A stretch of DNA of 64,000 bases from Gammaproteobacteria bacterium. GTDB taxonomy: Bacteria; Pseudomonadota; Gammaproteobacteria; Eutrophobiales; Eutrophobiaceae. The stretch spans positions 82,017-146,016 of the forward strand of contig JANQNX010000016.1 of the NCBI GenBank assembly GCA_028279365.1. Direction: 5' to 3'. The translations under genes were made by a program, and so were the position numbers. Under the pieces are notes generated by a model, which worked only from the letters and a program-made list of their open reading frames with translations, had not been told where the DNA came from and made no database searches. This document shows, in pieces, positions 49,605 through 64,000 of the stretch; positions within the stretch are counted from its first letter, which is position 1; each line of letters starts with the position of its first letter.

Positions 49605-51413
49605 TCAGGATGCCAACGCCATCGATTGTTTACTTGACGTATGCGCCAATACCGCTTCAGACAAGTTTTGCGAATTTGCATGCGGCATCGCCAGATATTG
49701 CGCGCCCATTTGTTCGGCAACCTGTTGATTAAACGGTTGCTTACGCGGTGAGGTGTCAATTAACAAACTGGATACATTTTCCATACGCACTTCTTTTGCT
49801 GCTAACAAGGCATCAGTTTCGGCTGTGCTTCTGTCAGCTTCACCCTCTCGATTAATATTAGTTCGACCATCGGTTAATAAAATAATAGTCGGTGTTTCGC
49901 CCTGCTGCTTGATTTGTTGCGCTAATAACAATGCCGCATCAATACCGGATGCTAAGGGTGTTGCGCCACCGCCGGGCAAGCCGGCCAGACTGCGTTTGGC
50001 TCTGACCAGCGATCGCGTTGGCGGCAACAATACCTCAGCCTGCTTTCCGCGAAAGGCAATTAACGCGACCTGATCACGCCGTTGGTAACACTCTGCGAGT
50101 AATAACTCGACCGCACCTTTTGCTTCAGCTAATCGATTTAATGCGGATGAACCGGATGCGTCGACGACAAAGATAGTCGTAGTGACCGTGCGTTGTTTAA
50201 AACGGGCAATACGAAAATCTTCTCGCTGGATATCAATACGCCTGCTATCGCTATTCGTTGTAGAAACATTGTTTCTAATGCGCTGCCAGGGTGCGGCAGC
50301 TCTCAATGTTTCCAGTACATTCAAGCGCGCGCCGTTACCAGGCTCACCTTTTCTCACACCGACTGGCCTACCTCTGACGTCACTGTATTTCAGATTACTG
50401 GAACGGCCTGACTGACTCTTTTGATTGTTCTTGCTTGCAGTACTCTGTAATTTCTCTAACAGTTGCTTTGATAATACCGCTTGCGTTGCTTCAATTAATA
50501 GCTCTTCCAAAGACTGTGGATCGAATTGTTGTTGTTCATTATTCTGTTGCTGTTGGTCTTGTTCAGATTCATTCTGCTCCGGTGTTTGTTCCGGTTGTTG
50601 AGCCTCGGCTTCTTCTTCTATTTCGGCTGGAAGATATAAGGCACGATGTGCATACACCAGTCGACAGGCAAGTAAGGCATTATCTTTACTGACTGTTTGA
50701 TTGCCTTCCAATGCCGCTAGCGCGCGCGCGACGTTTCTGGCTAATAACGGCGCACGTAAAGAGGTGATACCAAAACCCATCGCTGCTGCGCACAGTAACT
50801 CCAGCATATCGTTAGTGATACTGACTGCAGGCAAACATTTTCTTGCCTTGTTCACCGCATGTTTACTGAAAGACCAGTGGGTTGATTCCTGATAGCTGAC
50901 ATTTTCCAGTTCCACATGAAAGGCAAAGCGTTCCTGTAATTTGGACGAAGTCGACTCATCTTCATGAATACCTTCATCCAATGCGATAACTGAAAATTGC
51001 GTGGGTGTTTTGTTTGCCAAGCCATCACGCTCAAGCACAACTTCGCCACAATCCAGACAATTGGCAATTGTCGCGGCCGTGCCAATAGGTAATCGTTCAG
51101 CCATGGAAAGAATAATGATACCGCCGTCCGCTTCTGCCAGGATACCTTTCTCCGCAACCGGTTTACCAGCTGTCAATGTCGCAGGTAGGTCTAACCCTCC
51201 GAGTAAACGACAATCTGAAATATTTAATGGCACACGTTTCCAACAAAAGGACTTGCTGAAATAGTCACGACAGCGCCGCATCCACTCATCCCTGACTGGT
51301 CCGGGTTGTGCTCTGAGATTAATACCCTTAATACCTGTTGGATCAATCGCAAATAGGGTAGCGGCTAGCGCGGCATCTTCCCATGACGTCATTTCTGATG
51401 GATTAAGTTTCAT
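49605..51413 (-). CDS. bchD: Magnesium chelatase subunit D
   Basis: AAA-like N-terminus. Acidic/Gln-Pro-rich linker. C-terminal VWA with MIDAS (FVVDASGSSAL). Confidence 0.88.
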   Translation of the reverse strand: MKLNPSEMTSWEDAALAATLFAIDPTGIKGINLRAQPGPVRDEWMRRCRDYFSKSFCWKRVPLNISDCRLLGGLDLPATLTAGKPVAEKGILAEADGGIIILSMAERLPIGTAATIANCLDCGEVVLERDGLANKTPTQFSVIALDEGIHEDESTSSKLQERFAFHVELENVSYQESTHWSFSKHAVNKARKCLPAVSITNDMLELLCAAAMGFGITSLRAPLLARNVARALAALEGNQTVSKDNALLACRLVYAHRALYLPAEIEEEAEAQQPEQTPEQNESEQDQQQQNNEQQQFDPQSLEELLIEATQAVLSKQLLEKLQSTASKNNQKSQSGRSSNLKYSDVRGRPVGVRKGEPGNGARLNVLETLRAAAPWQRIRNNVSTTNSDSRRIDIQREDFRIARFKQRTVTTTIFVVDASGSSALNRLAEAKGAVELLLAECYQRRDQVALIAFRGKQAEVLLPPTRSLVRAKRSLAGLPGGGATPLASGIDAALLLAQQIKQQGETPTIILLTDGRTNINREGEADRSTAETDALLAAKEVRMENVSSLLIDTSPRKQPFNQQVAEQMGAQYLAMPHANSQNLSEAVLAHTSSKQSMALAS

Positions 51414-52498
51414 TCGCTGAATAAATCCTCAATCGCGCGATCAACCCGTACTCTTGAACTGGCATCATCTAAAGGATTACGACGAAGGCGATGTCCCAGT
51501 GAACAGGCTGCCATTTGTTTTACATGATCTAGCGTAACTGACTGACTGCCTTCATACGCAGCTAATGCACGTGCTGCACGCATCAAGGTTAATTCACCGC
51601 GTAAACCATCAGTGCCCAGGGTCATACAAAGTGTTGATGCCTGTACCAACGTTTCGTCAGGCACATTGACATCGCTTAAGCGTGCCTGGGCCTGCTTGAT
51701 CTTAGTGCGTAGTCTCGCATTTTTATTTTTCCATTGTTCTGCAAACGCCGCTGGATCCTGTTCATAGGCATCGCGCCGTTTCACTACATCAATACGTTGA
51801 CTGACATCAGTCGGCGTTTTGACTTCAACTGAAAGACCATAACGATCCAATAACTGCGGTCTAAGCTCACCCTCTTCCGGGTTACCACTGCCAACCAATA
51901 CAAACCTTGCCGGATGCCTGACGCTTAAACCTTCACGTTCTACGACATTCTCGCCCGATGCGGCGACATCGAGTAATAAATCCACCAGGTGATCTTCAAG
52001 TAGATTCACTTCATCGATATAAAGAAAGCCGCGATGTGCGCGGGCTAATAAACCAGGTTCAAACAGTTTTTCGCCTTTGCTAAGTGCATGTTCCAAATCC
52101 AGTGCACCCACCACTCTGTCTTCGGTTGCACCAAGCGGTAAGTCAACGACAGGTACTGTGACCTGTTTCTTTTTTAATTTAGTTTCTGCGTCGTCATCAA
52201 GGCAACGTTCGCATAAGTGTGCTGGCCGCTGCGGATCACAGTTGTAAGGACAATCTGTAGCGACGTCCATCTTGGGTAATAATGCAGCAAGAGAACGTAT
52301 GGTCGTGGACTTGCCTGTGCCACGATCACCAAAAATAAGGACACCGCCCAAGGTTTGATCAATGGCAGCGCAAATTAATGCTTGTTTAAGTTCTGCCTGA
52401 CCAACGATGGCAGAAAAGGGATATTCAATACGCGCGGTTTGTTTCTTGCGTGCTTGTGTTTCTTTTGTCTTACTTTTTTTTCTGATAGAACTCGTCAC
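51410..52498 (-). CDS. bchI: Magnesium chelatase ATPase subunit I
   Basis: AIVGQAELKQALICAAIDQTLGGVLIFGDRGTGKSTT (AAA+ Walker A) and C-terminal helical bundle. Confidence 0.92.
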   Translation of the reverse strand: MTSSIRKKSKTKETQARKKQTARIEYPFSAIVGQAELKQALICAAIDQTLGGVLIFGDRGTGKSTTIRSLAALLPKMDVATDCPYNCDPQRPAHLCERCLDDDAETKLKKKQVTVPVVDLPLGATEDRVVGALDLEHALSKGEKLFEPGLLARAHRGFLYIDEVNLLEDHLVDLLLDVAASGENVVEREGLSVRHPARFVLVGSGNPEEGELRPQLLDRYGLSVEVKTPTDVSQRIDVVKRRDAYEQDPAAFAEQWKNKNARLRTKIKQAQARLSDVNVPDETLVQASTLCMTLGTDGLRGELTLMRAARALAAYEGSQSVTLDHVKQMAACSLGHRLRRNPLDDASSRVRVDRAIEDLFSE

Positions 52499-53408
52499 TG
52501 CCCGCTTCCCTAATTAAATCTGATCGAAGTTTATTGTTATTAAAATTCATTCTGTGATCAGTGCCAGCTGTTGCGATTGCCTGTTGAGGGAAGCTGCTAT
52601 TTCCAACCAGAAAATAATCATTATTAAAATCCTGCGTGATGACTTTTTTTGAATCACGATAACTCATCCACCAATTCCATAACGCCGTAGCAGGGATAGG
52701 AAGCACCAATAGCCAGTGTTCCAGAATTGCCAACGCTACAATGGTTGCCAATAAACTATATGCCGTCAACAAATAGGCGACTGGCGCAACCAACGCCAGA
52801 TAGACCAGATACATGCAAAACACGGTCAGGATAGTTACCGAAAAAGGAAATAAGAAGTTAATGGTATCTTTCTTCAGGAAACTCTTAAGGTACTGCATAT
52901 GTTCCGGCAGAAACTCCTCGCTCAGATTTCTAACGCCAAGAAACACATTAAGCTTTGCACTCAGCTGCATCAGCCACAGTAACAGATAAGTCCAGGTGCC
53001 GACCTGATTTGTCGCGCCCCAAGTTAGCCCGACGATGAGTATCGCACCTAGAATAATCGCCAACTCATGATAAATATTGACCTGAATCGCATGCTTGAAA
53101 TGTGACCAACCGTGACATCCCTCCTCACAGGCTATTTTTCTGGTGCCAGTGATATAGCCCATGAAATAACTGATCTCTTGCCAGGCCCAGATCAGTAGAC
53201 CGCAAGTGAAAGACAGCAACGCACCATTCGTCGTGGCATCATTTCTCGTTAAGACCAGACCATAGATAGCTATCAGCATAATCACCGTGGCACCCGACAT
53301 ACTGGCGCGGAAGGTATGTCGGGGTAAACCGTCCAGGTAAACAATCAGCCCGGTGCTAAACCACCATAAAAATAGTGCGTAGCCAATCGGAAGGGCAAAT
53401 TCGTACAT
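52470..53408 (-). CDS. puhE: Putative photosynthetic complex assembly membrane protein (PuhE-like)
   Basis: 7-TM integral membrane protein adjacent to acsF, as puhE is in purple-bacterial PGCs. Confidence 0.5.
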   Translation of the reverse strand: MYEFALPIGYALFLWWFSTGLIVYLDGLPRHTFRASMSGATVIMLIAIYGLVLTRNDATTNGALLSFTCGLLIWAWQEISYFMGYITGTRKIACEEGCHGWSHFKHAIQVNIYHELAIILGAILIVGLTWGATNQVGTWTYLLLWLMQLSAKLNVFLGVRNLSEEFLPEHMQYLKSFLKKDTINFLFPFSVTILTVFCMYLVYLALVAPVAYLLTAYSLLATIVALAILEHWLLVLPIPATALWNWWMSYRDSKKVITQDFNNDYFLVGNSSFPQQAIATAGTDHRMNFNNNKLRSDLIREAGSDEFYQKKK

Positions 53409-53427
53409 TAACGATACGTCTCAGCGT

Positions 53428-54522
53428 TTACCAAACAGGAGCCATACGCACCTTTTCAGGTAGCTCATGCGATATTGAAGGCAGAAAATAGATTTTGGCA
53501 AACTGGGTAAAGCCTTTTACTGCACATACCGCACGTTTCAGATTACCCATCACACCACCTTGTTCTCTCGCTGCGGCACTTTCTGCACCAATTTCACGTA
53601 AGCGTTCCATACCTGCAACGAATTTAGGATTATCCAGATCGAGCGATAATGGAAATACCTGTTTTGAGATATCGGTCGTGATCTGAAATACCTGCTTATC
53701 ATATTCGGTTGGATCAAGCCCCATGGCCGAATGCAGTGCCGGACGCGTGTGGTCACGGACATACATGGTGGAAAATACGGCTAGCAAGAAAAACTTAATC
53801 CAGAGTTTGTTGTAGCCTTCCAGTAAGTGTGGATTAGCACGCAGAATTAAGGCGAAGGTTTCGCCATGACGATATTCGTCATTACACCAGCGTTCAAACC
53901 ACAGGAAGATCGGGTGGAAACGATACTCAGGATGTTTTTCCAATTGACGGAAGATACTAATGTAGCGTGCGTAGCCAATCTTCTCTGACAGGTAAACAGA
54001 ATAAAAAATATACTTTGGCTTGAAGTAGGTGTATTTCTTGTTCTTTTTAAGAAATCCCAAATCGACACCCATGCCAAAGTCCTTAAGCGCATGGTTAATA
54101 AAGCCGGCATGGCGGGATTCATCACGCGCCATATACCCCATCAGTTCCTTAATGTCCGGATTGTTCACATTACGTTTAATATCCGCATACAGTACGCAGC
54201 CTGAAAACTCAGAGGTCGCTGAACTGACGAGAAAATCCAGGAACTCTTTTTTCAACTCGGGCGGTAAGGAGTCAATATCAGCTTTAAACTCATCAGTACG
54301 CTCAAAGTGACCGGCATTTTCATCACGACGGTATTCATCCATCATGACATCCCATTCTTCCCGGACTGGGTCGACATCGATTTTATCCATCGCGTCAAAG
54401 TCAGTGGTATAGAAACGCGGCGAAATAATAGTTTCGTTTAATGCGCTCTTTGTCGTTTCTAATGAGATTTTTTCATTCATGACTGCTGTATTCATATACC
54501 TTCTCCTACTAGATTTTGCCAC
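53428..54522 (-). CDS. acsF: Aerobic Mg-protoporphyrin IX monomethyl ester oxidative cyclase
   Basis: Di-iron carboxylate motifs ESRHAGF and DEYRHGE. Length 364 aa. Confidence 0.9.
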   Translation of the reverse strand: MAKSSRRRYMNTAVMNEKISLETTKSALNETIISPRFYTTDFDAMDKIDVDPVREEWDVMMDEYRRDENAGHFERTDEFKADIDSLPPELKKEFLDFLVSSATSEFSGCVLYADIKRNVNNPDIKELMGYMARDESRHAGFINHALKDFGMGVDLGFLKKNKKYTYFKPKYIFYSVYLSEKIGYARYISIFRQLEKHPEYRFHPIFLWFERWCNDEYRHGETFALILRANPHLLEGYNKLWIKFFLLAVFSTMYVRDHTRPALHSAMGLDPTEYDKQVFQITTDISKQVFPLSLDLDNPKFVAGMERLREIGAESAAAREQGGVMGNLKRAVCAVKGFTQFAKIYFLPSISHELPEKVRMAPVW

Positions 54523-55006
54523 TTAGCAAATTGACTTCTCTTTCTACTATTATTTGGGAATCACTTGATTCCAGAAATCTTGCAAACGCATCACGATTGG
54601 AAGCACCAAAAGGATCCAAATCGATACTGATATCTGTTGCCGGATCAGTCATCATGACTTTACCGTCTTCTCTTTTAATCAATCGAAAAGGCAGCTCGGG
54701 GCCAATGGAACGAGTCTTTCGATCCCTGACCAGCCCTCTCATCACAACGCGAAGAAAGCCGCCATCATTCCTGCCTACTGTCTGCAACAATTGCCCGCTT
54801 TTTGCAGACATTACATCAACCGAACCGTCGGGCTGATCCACAAAAAACAAATCGATATGTTTGACCACTTTGGATTCTTCAATTTGCGTCTTACCTACAC
54901 CAGTCAGTTGCGAGTAGCCAGCAACGATGATAGAACCAACCATTAAAAAGAGGCCCGCTAATAGCGCCGCTCTAGGAACAGGTTTATTCTCAAAAGGATC
55001 GCTCAT
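54509..55006 (-). CDS. puhC: Photosynthetic complex assembly protein PuhC
   Basis: N-terminal single TM plus periplasmic domain of about 130 aa. Position puhA-puhB-puhC. Confidence 0.6.
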   Translation of the reverse strand: MSDPFENKPVPRAALLAGLFLMVGSIIVAGYSQLTGVGKTQIEESKVVKHIDLFFVDQPDGSVDVMSAKSGQLLQTVGRNDGGFLRVVMRGLVRDRKTRSIGPELPFRLIKREDGKVMMTDPATDISIDLDPFGASNRDAFARFLESSDSQIIVEREVNLLSGKI

Positions 55007-55018
55007 GTTATTTCTCCG

Positions 55019-55684
55019 TTATGCTAAAGCAGTCGTTTGCGGTTGATTAAACTTTGATTGCCGCTTCTTATCAGAAACGCCCGCCTTGACAATATTGATC
55101 GAATCCGTGTTTTCATTCGCTAATGCCTGAGTCACGATTTCAGCCACTTGTTTTACTGAATCAACACAACGCAACATCGGTTGCGGTTGTGAATATTTCC
55201 AGGGGCGGATATTTGGCCACAGTAATACGTAAGAGATGCGTTGCTTGTCAGTAATAACAAACGGAATATCTCCACTACCGTCAGGGTAAACCTTCAGCGC
55301 GGCAGACTCGATTTCAGTAAAAGGCAGGTTCAGGTTAATGGTGATGGCAATACCCGAACGAATCACCAGCCTTTTATTGGTCACCGTGTAGCGCGTTGAA
55401 CGTGCAGTAAAAAAGGCAAGAGCAAGGAGTATACTCAACGCCACTGCCGCCATAGCTATCCAGCCGGAGGCTGACATAAAGATCTCATGCATAAACTGAC
55501 CATTGCTTTTCAGCGTTAAGGCCTGGATTAACAAGATTAACAAGCTATAAATGACTACCTTGCGTACATGAAACACCCTTTTTGCCATATTCCACCAATC
55601 AGGCGTCCCCTGCCAAAGTATGGTTTCACCTTTCGGCAATTCCTCCGGCAGTCCATCTGCCGTTTCGTGTTCAAATTCACTCAT
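55019..55684 (-). CDS. puhB: Photosynthetic complex assembly protein PuhB
   Basis: 2-TM membrane protein with bacterial PH-like domain. Position after puhA. Confidence 0.6.
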   Translation of the reverse strand: MSEFEHETADGLPEELPKGETILWQGTPDWWNMAKRVFHVRKVVIYSLLILLIQALTLKSNGQFMHEIFMSASGWIAMAAVALSILLALAFFTARSTRYTVTNKRLVIRSGIAITINLNLPFTEIESAALKVYPDGSGDIPFVITDKQRISYVLLWPNIRPWKYSQPQPMLRCVDSVKQVAEIVTQALANENTDSINIVKAGVSDKKRQSKFNQPQTTALA

Positions 55685-56460
55685 AGCCAGGGTTCCTGTC
55701 TTGCGGGAGTCGCATAAAGGTGACCACCACCGTAGTAAGCCATAATCTTTTCTTCTTCCAGTGATGTAATCTGATCCGGATTCTGTAATTGCGGTACGTT
55801 GGCAAAATGATCCGACATAATAGACACGACGTTCACCTTACTGTTGTAGGTATCCACTCTGGTAAAGTTAAAAGGTAACAAGACTTTTGCACCACCTGAA
55901 TTAAGTTCTACCTCGTAATAGCAGATTTTGGGTTCAGCACGATCCACCCAGATATCGACTACCTTACCCGCTGCTTTATCATCAGCACCGTAAACCGACA
56001 TACCCACAGGGCTCGTATCTCCTTCAGCCACATGCCATTCAGGTTCAACTCTCATTGGAACGATTCTTGGTTTTCCATCCAGGTTAAGCTCTGGCTTGTT
56101 TTCCCTTTGGGCATAAGAGGAAGGACCAACCCCATCCTGCATCGGATCACCAGTAGGACTTAACGGTGCCCCTGGCCAGGGTGCGATTGGTTCTGCTTTT
56201 AATTCACGCGTATCTTTTTCACTTCTAGGCGCGTATTTAACAGAGCCATCTGCCAAGCGAAATTCTTTCGGGCTGGGAATATCAGGAAAACCAACCATCC
56301 GTTTATTCATTTCAGATGGATTGGCCGGGTCTGCTTCCATCGGATATCCCTCACGCTTGTCTTCCTTTCTAAGGTGAAGAATCAGACCAAAGAAAAATAT
56401 CCAGAATACATATAAAAGTATCTGTGCTAAATCGATATAACCGGTTAAGTTGCTACTCAT
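55681..56460 (-). CDS. puhA: Photosynthetic reaction centre subunit H
   Basis: DLAQILLYVFWIFFFGLILHLRKEDKREGYP (single TM plus REGYP motif). Confidence 0.88.
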   Translation of the reverse strand: MSSNLTGYIDLAQILLYVFWIFFFGLILHLRKEDKREGYPMEADPANPSEMNKRMVGFPDIPSPKEFRLADGSVKYAPRSEKDTRELKAEPIAPWPGAPLSPTGDPMQDGVGPSSYAQRENKPELNLDGKPRIVPMRVEPEWHVAEGDTSPVGMSVYGADDKAAGKVVDIWVDRAEPKICYYEVELNSGGAKVLLPFNFTRVDTYNSKVNVVSIMSDHFANVPQLQNPDQITSLEEEKIMAYYGGGHLYATPARQEPWL

Positions 56461-56482
56461 AGTTATCCTCCTCTTTAATAAA

Positions 56483-57919
56483 CTAGCCGGGAAACTCAGC
56501 TAACCCAAACTTCTTACTCGAATTAAAATGTTGCTGGCTGGTATTACCGACCAGTGGCCCAATTGCAATTAATGTGGCGAACAGCAAGGCAATCTCCAGG
56601 TGGTAAACAACGCTATAACCGGTTGCCTCATTTGATAATGCAATACCCAGGTAACCGCTCTCGGCCAGCTTTGAAACGATGTCACGGATAGCCCCGCCAA
56701 AAGCAATACCGGCACCTGCTGCCGTCGCCTGAACCGCACCCCATGCACCTAATGCGAGTCCGGAATATTTACCACTTTTATCCATATTCATGGCTGCGAT
56801 CAGCGTACCCACCGCAAACAAACCGCCACCAAAACCAATTAATGTTGTACCTATTCTGAATACCGTCGCTGAATGTAATGGCTCTGCAAATATCACAGCA
56901 GAAAATGCAAACACGCCAGTTAATGCGCCGAACGCGGCCAGTCGAAATGGATCCATACCTTTTTTCAATGTCCATGCGGCTAAACAAAAGGCGATTAATG
57001 TTCCGCCTGCCAACAAGGCAGTTAATGCCGTTGTTTCACCAACAGACAAATGCAATATCTGCCCACCATAAGGTTCGAGCAAAATATCCTGCATACTAAA
57101 CGCGGCAGTACCTAAACCAATCATGATCAGGAAACGACTGGCCCTGATACCTTGACTAAACTGCCTCCAGGTTTGGAAGAAGTCAGGCTTGGTTTCTTTT
57201 GGCGCAGTCAACTTCGGGTTTCTTGCTTCCTGTTTCCATAGGGCAATCACGTTTAACAACATGGTTGCTACCGCCGCGCCCTGAATAACCTGAATCAGTT
57301 TTATCTGGGTAAAGTCTTTCAATAAGGTGCCAAAACCCAAAGCACTGATCATCATACCTACCAGTAACATCACATAAAGTAATGCAACGACTTGAGGTTT
57401 TGATTCGTCCGTCGCCAGGTCTGTTGCCAATGCCAGCCCTGCAGTTTGTGTCGTATGTAAACCGATTCCTGTTAACAAGAAGGCTAACGCTGCTGCCGAT
57501 TGACCCACCCAGGGTGGCGCAGTGGTATCACCGGAAAGAACGATCAAGGCCATCGGCATAATGGCCAATCCACCAAACTGCAATAAGGAACCAAACCAGA
57601 TGTAAGGTGTTCTGCGCCAACCTAATGCAGACTCATGATTATCTGAACGAAAGCCAAGCAAGACCCGAAATGGTGCAAACAATAAAGGTAAAGAAACCAT
57701 AATCGCCACTAAGGAAGCACTAACGCCTAGCTCTACGATCATGACCCGGTTAAGTGTGCCGTTGAGTAATACCACCGCCATACCCACCGAGACCTGAAAC
57801 ATGGATAATCGAAATAGTTTAAAGAAAGGTAACTCTTGCGACACCGCATCAGCAAACGGCATAAAACGGCTGCCCGTTATGGCTCTGAATCTGGAATACA
57901 TGTTAAGTATAAGATTCAT
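56483..57919 (-). CDS. lhaA: LH1 assembly protein LhaA (PucC/BCD MFS-like family)
   Basis: 12-TM PucC-family protein. ATG at 57919 directly abuts the bchM stop (TAA 57921-57923). Alternative start at 57901. Confidence 0.75.
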   Translation of the reverse strand: MNLILNMYSRFRAITGSRFMPFADAVSQELPFFKLFRLSMFQVSVGMAVVLLNGTLNRVMIVELGVSASLVAIMVSLPLLFAPFRVLLGFRSDNHESALGWRRTPYIWFGSLLQFGGLAIMPMALIVLSGDTTAPPWVGQSAAALAFLLTGIGLHTTQTAGLALATDLATDESKPQVVALLYVMLLVGMMISALGFGTLLKDFTQIKLIQVIQGAAVATMLLNVIALWKQEARNPKLTAPKETKPDFFQTWRQFSQGIRASRFLIMIGLGTAAFSMQDILLEPYGGQILHLSVGETTALTALLAGGTLIAFCLAAWTLKKGMDPFRLAAFGALTGVFAFSAVIFAEPLHSATVFRIGTTLIGFGGGLFAVGTLIAAMNMDKSGKYSGLALGAWGAVQATAAGAGIAFGGAIRDIVSKLAESGYLGIALSNEATGYSVVYHLEIALLFATLIAIGPLVGNTSQQHFNSSKKFGLAEFPG

Positions 57920-57920
57920 A

Positions 57921-63223
<5,303 letters not shown>

Positions 63224-63249
<26 letters not shown>

Positions 63250-64000
63250 CGTATAATGTCTCCACTGATATTTGTTGAATGCCCTGTTGTTGGGCATAGG
63301 TTTCAGTATTCTTTTTCGCTTTACCGCGCACAAAGAAAGGAATCTTCTTCAGTTCTTTTTCTGCGTCAATGGCCCAGCTGACTACCGACTCTGTATTAAC
63401 TGTCGTGGCTTCAGCCGAATCATCCGTACGTAACTCTGCTGCTGAGCCCAGGTGCGAAGGTGCAGTTCCATCATGAAATTCAAAATCATCACGAAACATG
63501 GTTAACAAATGTTCCTCGAGTCCCATCATCAACGGATGCACCCAGGTATCAAAAATAACATTGGCACCTTCAAAACCCATTTGTGGTGAATAGCTGGCAG
63601 GAAAATCCTGTACATGCACTGGAGAAGAGATAACAGCACAGGGCACGCCTAAGCGTTTTGCGATATGGCGTTCCATTTGTGTGCCGAGTACCAACTCGGG
63701 TTCTGCTTCAGCTACACATCGTTCAACTTCCAGATAATCATCAGTAATTAATGCTTTGATACCGTATTGTTCGGCTGCTTCGCGTACATCACGCGCAAAC
63801 TCGCGGCTGTAGGTGCCGAGACCGACAACATCAAATCCTAATTCTTCTTTTGCAATTCGAGCTGCGGCTAAGGCATGGGTTGCATCAGCAAAGATAAACA
63901 CCCGTTTACCGGTCAGATAAGTCGAATCAATCGAACGCGAGTACCATGGCATTCTTGACTGTTCACTATCCAACGCATCACTAACATCAAGATTCGCGAC
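63224..64000 (-). CDS. bchB: Light-independent protochlorophyllide reductase subunit B, C-terminal part (N-terminus beyond window end)
   Basis: BchB C-terminal region. Frame continues to the window edge. Overlaps bchH start by about 26 nt. Confidence 0.85.

Overview
The window is gammaproteobacterial-type chromosome in two parts. The roughly 45-48% GC is an estimate by eye.

Bases 1-23.7 kb are housekeeping genes. They include spoT (5' truncated), ridA, recG, ubiC, ubiA, an M14 peptidase, an L,D-transpeptidase, a TPR protein and tRNA-Thr(UGU). The block continues with a SPOR-domain gene, coaX, birA, a bitopic VWA-TM-FHA protein, sseA, a second FHA protein, cysH with a redoxin, cysB, a TSUP exporter, an MBL hydrolase and an alpha/beta hydrolase.

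From 23.7 kb to the window end lies a large photosynthesis gene cluster (PGC) of an aerobic anoxygenic phototroph, in Rhodobacter-like order. On the minus strand it reads pufQ-like, pufB, pufA, pufL, pufM, preceded by bchZYXC and crtFE. crtDC are divergent. Further right come crtB, crtI, bchO, bchD, bchI, a puhE-like gene, acsF, puhCBA, lhaA, bchM, bchL, bchH and bchB (3' partial at the window edge). There is no pufC, pufX or crtA.

Three pairs of TGT-N12-ACA (PpsR/CrtJ-type) palindromes sit in the bchC, crtE/crtD and crtB promoter regions.

The most unusual region is the crtB-crtI interval, normally one crtIB operon, which is split by about 7.7 kb. It holds (i) an ATP-grasp ligase, a cytochrome P450 and a polytopic membrane protein, with the ATP-grasp gene divergent from crtB across the shared PpsR-site region; and (ii) a markedly AT-rich island of about 4.3 kb (about 30-40% GC by eye). 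The island encodes a 763-aa protein with an N-terminal Mrr-like PD-(D/E)xK nuclease domain fused to a STAND/NACHT-like P-loop NTPase, a candidate antiphage system. It also carries a small secreted Cys-rich protein and a patatin-like phospholipase interrupted by a single in-frame TAA.

No rRNA, CRISPR array, transposase or integrase gene was recognised.
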